Part shown: one piece after another, positions 8,517 through 16,243 of the stretch | Position numbering within the stretch: the stretch's first letter is position 1 | Layout: every line of letters begins with the position of its first letter | Assembly (NCBI GenBank): GCA_043739185.1 | Contig: JAYUEN010000086.1 | Coordinates: forward strand, 1 to 20,401 | Origin: Bdellovibrionales bacterium | GTDB lineage: Bacteria > Bdellovibrionota > Bdellovibrionia > Bdellovibrionales > JAMPXM01 | DNA: 20,401 nt | Direction: 5' to 3' | Position numbers and translations under genes: made by a program | Notes under the pieces: model-generated | Databases searched by the model: none | What the model was told of the DNA's origin: nothing | What the model saw: only the letters and a program-made list of their open reading frames with translations

Positions 8517-9266
8517 TTAAGGATACTTAAAGCTTTTAACCAATGTGACCTCTCCTGGTGAGCGCATGGGCACAAGAGAGGATTCAATTTTTTCATCAGG
8601 AGTTCCTGCATGACTCACAATACTTACTTTGGCCGTGGTTAAAGCATTGCCCGTAGGTCCGGAGCCAAAATAATTGACGTAAACAAGATAGGTTCCATTT
8701 TTAGGAGACGGCACCGAAATAATTTCTGGCCCGTACCCGTCTGTCACATCAATGTCTAAAGCCGTACCACTCGGAAGCAAACGATTGCCATAAAAACAAT
8801 GCTCGCCATCTGGAGTGACCAAATGCAAATCAAGATCTGTACCATCAGTATCCCATGAAAGTAATACTCTTAATCGCGCCGGAGTCAGAGTTTCTTTAGC
8901 CTCATAAAACTGCACGGCATGATGATCTTTACCAGAGCGAATTTCAACCGAGTTTGATTTGCTACCAAAGGCATAAGGCCGAGCAAAGCCATTGCCATCT
9001 GCACGAAGTGGCATATCCAATCCATTGATAATCAGAGTCAGTGGGTCCGAAGTTTTTGCATTGGCGCCGATACTTCCTCGTATCATCTGCGAGCTACTCT
9101 TTTTCCCACGCGTATTGACTTGCGAAGCTGGATAATGAACTTCTTGAATGGCATCCGCCTTGTCTTCTGAAAGTCGCCAGCCGCGAATTGGTGTTTCAAT
9201 TTTCACTTGCGCGAATGCAAAAATCGCCGCCAAAAAAACCATTGTAAAACTTAAGATTGACTTCAT
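8517..9266 (-). CDS. yfaP: YfaP family protein (DUF2135; MagF-like)
   Basis: Signal peptide 'AIFAFA'. 'RLRVLLSWDTDGTDLDLHLVTPDGEH', 'LDIDVTDGYGPEI' and 'GTYLVYVNYFG' are typical of YfaP. GGAGG RBS and ATGA overlap with yfaQ. Last gene of the yfa operon. Confidence 0.9.
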   Translation of the reverse strand: MKSILSFTMVFLAAIFAFAQVKIETPIRGWRLSEDKADAIQEVHYPASQVNTRGKKSSSQMIRGSIGANAKTSDPLTLIINGLDMPLRADGNGFARPYAFGSKSNSVEIRSGKDHHAVQFYEAKETLTPARLRVLLSWDTDGTDLDLHLVTPDGEHCFYGNRLLPSGTALDIDVTDGYGPEIISVPSPKNGTYLVYVNYFGSGPTGNALTTAKVSIVSHAGTPDEKIESSLVPMRSPGEVTLVKSFKYP

Positions 9267-10975
9267 TCTACCTCCAATAAATTTCTCGCTAATTTTTCAA
9301 TAAAGACTTCATCACGTCCGCGTGGATGATTTCGAAAAGCAATATGTAAATACTCATGTAGTATTGATACTTCATCTTGTTGACTTGATAGTTTTGGAAC
9401 ATAAATTTCTTCGGCATTTGGCTGCGAAAAAACTCGATCTCGACCGCGGCCACTCAATTCACTATTCAGACATATTTTCAAATTCAAAGGCGTCTCAAAT
9501 CCAGCTTCTTGATTGAGCTTTCGCTTCCAACTTTTAGCTTGCGCATTGAACCAGTTTTCAGTCATCGAATTCGGCAAACATCTCAGTGAAGTCACAGAGT
9601 GACCAAAACTTAAAACCCCCGTAGGATAAGCCACTTTCAAAATTTCACGCATTGCAAAACCCTCTTCAGCAAGGTTCTTTGCCTGTGGCCAAGACATCCG
9701 ATCAATACCTGCTTGGCTCGAATGATAGCGAAGACGTTTTACGCGATCTAAAAACAGATCATCGGACCACTCAGCAATTTGCAGGGCCTCCGGAGCAGCT
9801 TTTTGAGGACTCACCCGCTGCAAAGTCGAGGAATCATTTATCGCAAGACAAGAGTCGCGCTCTTTTGCATTTTGAAAAAGATAGGATCGAATGGCCACAG
9901 CAAAAGCGCGGGCAGCCTCCAAAGGCTGAGTCTTTACTTCACGCTGAAGAACCCTCGCAACGTATTCGTTTACACTCATTTGCGCTTTAACTTTGATTTG
10001 ATCTTTTGGAGTGCGCTCAGAAATTAACGAGCCATCACCCAAAAAGTTTATCTCATTGCCGTTTTTAAATTTAATTTTTACTTTTCCTACTAGTGGGCCA
10101 GCATTTGGAGAAATGCTTAAGACGGGATAATGATCAAAATAATTTACCAAGACACAGCCAGAATTTTGGCTTTGCATATGCCGGCTCACCACGCTTTGTA
10201 GATCCGTTCGAAGCGCATCTCTCCCATGTCCCGCGCCTGAGACCCAAATCGCACTGCCATCGGGCAACCATCCAGCAAAGCCTCCTACGAAACCCAAGTC
10301 ATCACTTTGGTAGGCCTTCGCGTTGAGTGTTTCTTGATCCCGCCAAGTAAAAGTTTTGATTCTGAGACTGCTGCCCCAAAATCGCAATGCCCCTTTTGCA
10401 GTACCAAACAAAACACTGCCGAGAGTTGCGGCCGCAATTTTTTCTCTATAGTTAAATTTCTGCTGTATTTCGAGAAGTACTTTTAATAATTCATCAACTG
10501 AAATGCGCGTCTCGGGCTTAAGTTCAGCTACTTCAGTAAGCCAAGTCGGAGGCAAGGTGATATGGGACTTCCAAAAACTCTTCCAGGCGGTGGGCTCGAT
10601 TGCAAGCCGAGACAATTTAAAAAAGGGTGAGCAGGACTGCGCGAGCGCAAGATCTCGATCAATAGATTCTCCCGGACTACAACAAAAAATTTCTTCTGGG
10701 TCCTGACCTGTGCAGACATACGGAGACTCGAGTCGACGCTCTTCGGTTTGATAGGCGTAGACGAATAATTTCCAGAGGCTTCCCAATGGGGTCCTTGGCG
10801 CCTCATTCGCTTGAGTGGCCAATTTTCCGTCTATGCCGTGTTCAATGGCGCCATTCGTTTGCAAGATACGAAACCTGAGTGACGAGATCGATTCTGCCAC
10901 TAGATTTTTGGCGTTTAGGCATACCAAAAAACCAAGTAAGTACTTTATGTAATTCTTATTGAATTTTAAATTCAC
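9263..10975 (-). CDS. yfaQ: YfaQ family protein (DUF2300 / SpoIID-like domain; MagE-like)
   Basis: Motifs 'TPLGSLWKLFVYAY', 'EEIFCCSPG', SpoIID-like 'NEYVARVLQRE...EAARAFAVAIRSY...INDSSTLQRV' and C-terminal 'HEYLHIAF'. Lies between yfaS and yfaP. Start placed at GTG 10975 (AAGGGGA upstream, followed by a signal-like segment) rather than 11098; the start is uncertain. Confidence 0.85.
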   Translation of the reverse strand: MNLKFNKNYIKYLLGFLVCLNAKNLVAESISSLRFRILQTNGAIEHGIDGKLATQANEAPRTPLGSLWKLFVYAYQTEERRLESPYVCTGQDPEEIFCCSPGESIDRDLALAQSCSPFFKLSRLAIEPTAWKSFWKSHITLPPTWLTEVAELKPETRISVDELLKVLLEIQQKFNYREKIAAATLGSVLFGTAKGALRFWGSSLRIKTFTWRDQETLNAKAYQSDDLGFVGGFAGWLPDGSAIWVSGAGHGRDALRTDLQSVVSRHMQSQNSGCVLVNYFDHYPVLSISPNAGPLVGKVKIKFKNGNEINFLGDGSLISERTPKDQIKVKAQMSVNEYVARVLQREVKTQPLEAARAFAVAIRSYLFQNAKERDSCLAINDSSTLQRVSPQKAAPEALQIAEWSDDLFLDRVKRLRYHSSQAGIDRMSWPQAKNLAEEGFAMREILKVAYPTGVLSFGHSVTSLRCLPNSMTENWFNAQAKSWKRKLNQEAGFETPLNLKICLNSELSGRGRDRVFSQPNAEEIYVPKLSSQQDEVSILHEYLHIAFRNHPRGRDEVFIEKLARNLLEVE

Positions 10976-13900
10976 GTTGCGCAGAGTCCCCTTGATAGCT
11001 GTGTTCACTAGGTCGATACATTTTAAATAAACGTGCCGGCGGTAAATGAAACTGCCCGCGACTTCCGAAGCGAACCAATTGATGATACTTTTCTTCATTG
11101 GCTAAATTTTCAATTGCGACTGAGTAGCCAAGACCTGAGCTTGATACCTTAGCTTCGGTAAAGTGAGGAACCACGCCCTCAAAATGCAAGCCCCATGTTG
11201 TACCATCAACTTCTCCACCTGGCGGCAGCGGCACCTCTAAAAGTAAAAACCGCCCCTTGACCCCTCCTGGTGAAATCGTCAATTCATCGAGATAGAGCGC
11301 TCGTACATCTAAAAAATCTCCGGCTTTTACTTCAGTCAACTTAAGGATTTCACCTGTCTCACTCTCTGTCGACTCCTTGAGTTCGAGGCGAAATAATTTT
11401 CTGGTCAAAGCAATTTTCAAACTTGAATTGGCAACTTCCGGCACGTCATAAACCACTTCGCCTATAGCTCCAGGAATACTTGGCAATACTTGGGGCGATT
11501 GAAAATTTGCACTCTTGTTCCAACTAAAACTCGGAACGCTAGATTTTGAATTTTTAATCCAGTCCGCCCCCAGATTTATACTTTTCATCGCAGATTTAAC
11601 TTCAAAGGCCTGTGGCAAAGCCATATCGATAAATGCAAGTGCCATGGCTCGATCAATTGTCGGGGTTTCAAAGCGAACCGTATCTAAGATTTTTTCAGCT
11701 TCGTTTAAAGTCTCTTTGTCTTTATCGCTCAGATGCCCAGAGCTGACTCGATACAATAAGATGGCCGCCAAATAAGCCGATGGCCCATTTGGTGATTTGA
11801 TCAGTGCCGCAAGTTCATTCTTGGCCGCCGTACCTAAATCAATATTGGCTTTTGCGGCCACACTTCCCAAAATAAGAAGCGAAAGGTTCTGATCAAAGTC
11901 AGGACGATCTATAAAAAGACTATAGGTTTCGTCAACAGCCGAACTCTCTCTTCTAAAAGAGGCCTTCACTATTTCATTTGCCAAGCTTGTTATCTGTTCT
12001 GAAACTGGCAAATTCATTCTTGATAAAACCCAAAGCGCATAAGCACGGCTTGTGAAATCACTTCCCTTAGCTGCGGCATAAATTTCAAGAAGATTTTCCC
12101 AATTGGCTTTCGGAACTTCAATACCCAAAAGTTTTGAAGCCCGCCAATCGGCATGGTAGGCATGCGCACTTAAGAGAAGGTCGCTGCCGGTTTGATTGCC
12201 CCACCAAGTGAAAACCGCTTTTGGGCCGGCCATCGCAATCAAGCGACGACGCTCGTCTGAAACACGGTCACGAAGTTCTTGAATTATTGGTGCTGCAGCA
12301 TTCGAAGTTTCAAAGGCTTTAAGCGCCATGGTGAGCGGTATCAAACGTGAGGCCGTTTGTTCGACACATCCCCATGGATATTCTAAAAGATCATCTGCTA
12401 TGCGCAGAAATTGAAAAGTAGAGTCAGGTAAAATTTTAAGTTTTACGTGACTCGCATTCACCGGCAAAATTAATTTTTCACTATTAGCCAAATGAATTGC
12501 TTTCGACTGCTGCACCAACCAGGGCTCGGAAATAAATTCAACATTGACTTGAAGAGCATCGATCACTTTACCATCGACCAAAATACTAGCTTCGATCAAT
12601 TGCGACTGCTCCGGAACTTTCTCAAGTACGACTGAATTGGCGCCGGGCTTGATCGCAAATTTTTGATTCAAAGAATAGCTTGGTCCTTTCAAAATAATTT
12701 CAGCAGAAATCGCTTTGCTACCAGAATTAAAAGCCACCATGACTGGCTTTGGCTTATCGCCATTTCTGAATCTGGTAGGACCAGTCCATTTCAAATAAAG
12801 ATCTTTAGTCGAATGTAAAAATGATTTTGATTCACCCACGGCACCAAGTAAGCCAGAATCCAAAGCCAGAGCTCGTCCGGTAATTCGCCAACGTGTGAGC
12901 GCATCTGGCATGATAAATTCAAATCTCGCTTTGCCATTTGCATCGGTTCGAAGTTTGGCATTCCAATAAGCCGTATCTTTTGCATCTCGGCGGGCACGCT
13001 CTTGCAAAAGCTTGAGATCGCGATAAGCCGATTCTGCTTTTGGAGCAACAACGTCTGAGGTGGCCGGATTGAAGGAATAAAAAGAAAGTGACGAACTGGT
13101 GCGCACTTGATTGCGTCTTTGGTAGTGAAAGAATTCACCGATAGCTGGTGCAATTTCGGGCTGAAGTACATAAATCATTTCATCTACAACGCCAACTGCA
13201 ATAAGTGCTGAAATTGGTTTGGACTCATATTTTGTTTCAACATTGACCACGACCTTATCACCTGGTGCATAAGTATTTTTTTCTGCCTTGAACAAAATAT
13301 CTATCATGGGTTTTTTGACTGTGAGGCCTTTGTTTTGAAAGCCAAAATCGCCATTTTTTGCATACGCCACCGAAAAGATAATATTAGGCGCATGCTCTTC
13401 GCGAATGGGAACTGATAACTTCCATTGATAGTCGTTGACCCTTTCCGCGCGAAACCATTTACTAGGCGCTGACAGCCTACCGTGTTGATCCACTTCATTT
13501 CGCTCTAAAGTTAAGAGCGCATCGTCTGCTTTAAAAGGAAATGTCAGCAAGATTTTGGCTTGATCACCAATAGCATAAGACTCACGATCAGCTAAAATCT
13601 CGACTTGGCCAGTGACGCTTTTGAGATCTGGGCCGGTTACAATGTGTGATCGTGTAGCTCTTGTTACTCCACTCACATCAACTACTCGCACAACATAGTG
13701 GCCTGGCTTTTCTAATTTCATTAAAAATTCGCCGCGATCAGCGGCTTGAACGCTGCCCGAGCTCACACTTCGATCTTCAAGTCGAATCGCTTGCCAATGA
13801 GCCAAGGCCTGTTTGATATCCCCCACTTCGCTACCTTGACGAACATAACTTACTTTTACGGGCGCTCCCGGCTCGGTCACACTATAGTCCGAAGTCAAAA

Positions 13901-15548
13901 CGAAGGTCTCAAGATAGCCTTCAATTAAAATCTCTTTTTTTGTTGAAACTCGAAACGCCCCCTGATCCATAGCGCGAGCTGAAACAATATAGCGAGATGG
14001 ACGAGTCGCCGGGGGAAGTGAAAACAATATTTCACCACGTTCATTACTTCTGTACGCCTTGGTTGAAAGTTCTACTGGCATCGCGCCCAAATAATTATAA
14101 CTGGCTTCGAACATAGTCATAAGTTCAGAGCGCAGCTGCAAATCTACTTCTGCACCTACGACCGGCTGACCAGAAGGATACATTAAAGCCACTCGGCCCT
14201 TTACGGGCTCCCCGACTTTATATGCTGGCTTATCAAAAATAATTTGAGACTCAAAATGAGGCTTTGTAAATCGTGCAACTCGAAATGCGGCGCCATAGTC
14301 TTCTCCTTCAAATTTGAGCTTGAGAGAATAGCCCCCACTTGCTGCAACCTCAGGAAGTCGAAACTGCACATCGCCGCCATTGGCACCATCCCAATCCATT
14401 TTTTTCGAAAAAAGTGCTAAACCAGTTGAATCGACGACGCTGAGCTGAGCCGACTTTCCTGCAAGGGAACTCCAAACATCTTTGCTGCCCATGCGTTTCA
14501 GTTCACGCCCAAAAGCTCTTACTGAAACCAAATCACCGGGCTGATAAAGCGGTCGATCGGTAAACATATAAATCTTAGATTGATAAATTTCTGAATCATA
14601 AAAAAAGTTTTCAGAAACCGAAACGCCGCCCTCGCGATCTTCAATCATCGCAAAGCTACGCTCGGGAATACTGCGTTTTGAAAAATAGACGCCATCGACA
14701 GCGGTGATTCCCTGATCTAAGAGTCCCACTCCGTCAGTTAGGACGACCTTGCTTCCCTGCTGACTAAGACCGGTATTCGAATTCACTGTCCATACCAAGG
14801 CTTGCTTAGCAGAAACTTTCGTCACCACGAGAGTATTACTGACAAAAACCAAAGTGGTGGCTCGAAAAGAGCCAATCATAGCTTCAACTAAATAAAGTCC
14901 TGGCTTTCGCTTTCCCACAGGTAAAATAACATTCCCTGCTGGTGTACTTATAAAATGACTCGAGCTTCCCTCTAAAAATGTATCTTTCGGCGGCTCATTT
15001 AGTTTCGCCTCCCAAACCGGATAACGAAAAGAATCAACCAGCTCGAAAGCCTTGAGCGAACCAAATTGTGGCTCTTTTTTAAAACCCGTCTGATAGCTAT
15101 GTGCCGGTACCTGCTCGAGCTCGGGCACTTCTTTAACTGCAGTTTTTCGAGCTTCAGGAGAAAATATACGTTGCCATGCAAGTCGTGATTTTTTAAACCA
15201 ACTGTCCCAAAGATAAGTGAGGACGTTCGCTAATCCTTCGCCGTAATACTGCCCCTTAACTGCAGGCCTGTGCAAATTTTTCTGCGCTCTCAAAAATTCA
15301 AGTGGCTTGGGAATGCGGTATAAACGAACATCGACACCACCATATTGTTTTAAATTGGTTCTCCCACCGGCTTCAAAGCGAACTTGTATGTTTTGCGCGG
15401 ATGAAAATACTCCATCCGTGAGGACGTAAAATTGGTCACCAGAATAAAGTGAAAAACCGCTAGGATCAATGTCGCCAGCACGAACATCTTTTGAATTCGA
15501 AAAAAATCCACAGATAAAAATCGAGATGATCAGAATGAGACTTTTCAT
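10956..15548 (-). CDS. yfaS: Bacterial alpha-2-macroglobulin, YfaS/MagD type
   Basis: 1530 aa with a signal peptide (VRA-G). MG-domain motifs 'FTDRPLYQPGD', 'GVVDEMIYVL' and 'DTAYW...MPDALTRWRITGRA'. Thioester-domain 'LLEYPWGCVEQTASRL' and 'FTWWG'. C-terminal 'LEVPLPPG' and 'GQFHLPPAR...MY'. The N-terminal 'YGGVDVRLYRIPKPL.FL..QKNLHR' and the operon context are YfaS-type. Confidence 0.95.
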   Translation of the reverse strand: MKSLILIISIFICGFFSNSKDVRAGDIDPSGFSLYSGDQFYVLTDGVFSSAQNIQVRFEAGGRTNLKQYGGVDVRLYRIPKPLEFLRAQKNLHRPAVKGQYYGEGLANVLTYLWDSWFKKSRLAWQRIFSPEARKTAVKEVPELEQVPAHSYQTGFKKEPQFGSLKAFELVDSFRYPVWEAKLNEPPKDTFLEGSSSHFISTPAGNVILPVGKRKPGLYLVEAMIGSFRATTLVFVSNTLVVTKVSAKQALVWTVNSNTGLSQQGSKVVLTDGVGLLDQGITAVDGVYFSKRSIPERSFAMIEDREGGVSVSENFFYDSEIYQSKIYMFTDRPLYQPGDLVSVRAFGRELKRMGSKDVWSSLAGKSAQLSVVDSTGLALFSKKMDWDGANGGDVQFRLPEVAASGGYSLKLKFEGEDYGAAFRVARFTKPHFESQIIFDKPAYKVGEPVKGRVALMYPSGQPVVGAEVDLQLRSELMTMFEASYNYLGAMPVELSTKAYRSNERGEILFSLPPATRPSRYIVSARAMDQGAFRVSTKKEILIEGYLETFVLTSDYSVTEPGAPVKVSYVRQGSEVGDIKQALAHWQAIRLEDRSVSSGSVQAADRGEFLMKLEKPGHYVVRVVDVSGVTRATRSHIVTGPDLKSVTGQVEILADRESYAIGDQAKILLTFPFKADDALLTLERNEVDQHGRLSAPSKWFRAERVNDYQWKLSVPIREEHAPNIIFSVAYAKNGDFGFQNKGLTVKKPMIDILFKAEKNTYAPGDKVVVNVETKYESKPISALIAVGVVDEMIYVLQPEIAPAIGEFFHYQRRNQVRTSSSLSFYSFNPATSDVVAPKAESAYRDLKLLQERARRDAKDTAYWNAKLRTDANGKARFEFIMPDALTRWRITGRALALDSGLLGAVGESKSFLHSTKDLYLKWTGPTRFRNGDKPKPVMVAFNSGSKAISAEIILKGPSYSLNQKFAIKPGANSVVLEKVPEQSQLIEASILVDGKVIDALQVNVEFISEPWLVQQSKAIHLANSEKLILPVNASHVKLKILPDSTFQFLRIADDLLEYPWGCVEQTASRLIPLTMALKAFETSNAAAPIIQELRDRVSDERRRLIAMAGPKAVFTWWGNQTGSDLLLSAHAYHADWRASKLLGIEVPKANWENLLEIYAAAKGSDFTSRAYALWVLSRMNLPVSEQITSLANEIVKASFRRESSAVDETYSLFIDRPDFDQNLSLLILGSVAAKANIDLGTAAKNELAALIKSPNGPSAYLAAILLYRVSSGHLSDKDKETLNEAEKILDTVRFETPTIDRAMALAFIDMALPQAFEVKSAMKSINLGADWIKNSKSSVPSFSWNKSANFQSPQVLPSIPGAIGEVVYDVPEVANSSLKIALTRKLFRLELKESTESETGEILKLTEVKAGDFLDVRALYLDELTISPGGVKGRFLLLEVPLPPGGEVDGTTWGLHFEGVVPHFTEAKVSSSGLGYSVAIENLANEEKYHQLVRFGSRGQFHLPPARLFKMYRPSEHSYQGDSAQREFKIQ

Positions 15549-16243
15549 AATTTTCCTTGTTCGTTCATTGAGGGACTTGCTAAAAATGCCAGTCGATAAA
15601 ATCCTACAAAATTTGGGTTTTCTACTCTTGGCTGCCAGCGAGAATCAGTGAAATTCATCAATTCTTTTAATGTCACCGCTCGCAAACCCTTGTCTGTTAT
15701 TTTTTCACCCAAAACGGGCCGATGTCCGTTGTGATATACTATTCGTCTTCCGGTCCATACCATCAAATGCTGTTCATCGCCTTGATCAAAAAATAACAAA
15801 TCACCTGGCTCAATACGCTCAATTGTTTTACCAATGAATTCAGTATTTCCCTGAATTAAAGGAAGAGCGCGCGCAAATTGTGCTGGCTTACTTTCGCCAG
15901 TTCTCCAGAGTTTAAATTTCTCACGCTGGGCCTGCGAAATTTCAAGTTCCGCAGGTAAAGCGCGCCCCAGAAAGCCATTTGCTTTTCGCCATTTTTCATC
16001 ATGCCTCAAAAGACTTTCGCTGACCGCAAAACGAAGCATGCCGGCGCAGTCTTTCTGATTCCAGCGTGGATTGGGACCGCGGCTGATTTGATCTTCGACG
16101 ATGGTCACCAACCACGAGCGAAAGACTTTGCTTTGGTCGCGAGAAAGACTCGCTTCGGTTTTTAATGGGCTCAACGGACTCGCCAGAACAGGCAAATGAA
16201 ATGAAATCAAAAGTGCAAACTGAAAAAACCTAATGAGATGCAT
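15545..16243 (-). CDS. yfaT: YfaT / DUF1175 family protein, NlpC/P60-like cysteine hydrolase fold (MagC-like)
   Basis: Signal peptide 'LPVLA'. Motifs 'PRWNQKDCAGMLRFA', 'PGDLLFFDQGDEQHLMVW', 'YHNG' and 'DSRWQP...NPNFVGFYRL'. ATGA overlap with yfaS. Confidence 0.9.
   Translation of the reverse strand: MHLIRFFQFALLISFHLPVLASPLSPLKTEASLSRDQSKVFRSWLVTIVEDQISRGPNPRWNQKDCAGMLRFAVSESLLRHDEKWRKANGFLGRALPAELEISQAQREKFKLWRTGESKPAQFARALPLIQGNTEFIGKTIERIEPGDLLFFDQGDEQHLMVWTGRRIVYHNGHRPVLGEKITDKGLRAVTLKELMNFTDSRWQPRVENPNFVGFYRLAFLASPSMNEQGKL

Noticed and set aside
10976..11098. N-terminal extension of yfaQ (ATG 11098)
   Set aside because: It would overlap yfaS by 143 nt and bury the signal-like segment. 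GTG 10975 with AAGGGGA upstream fits better.
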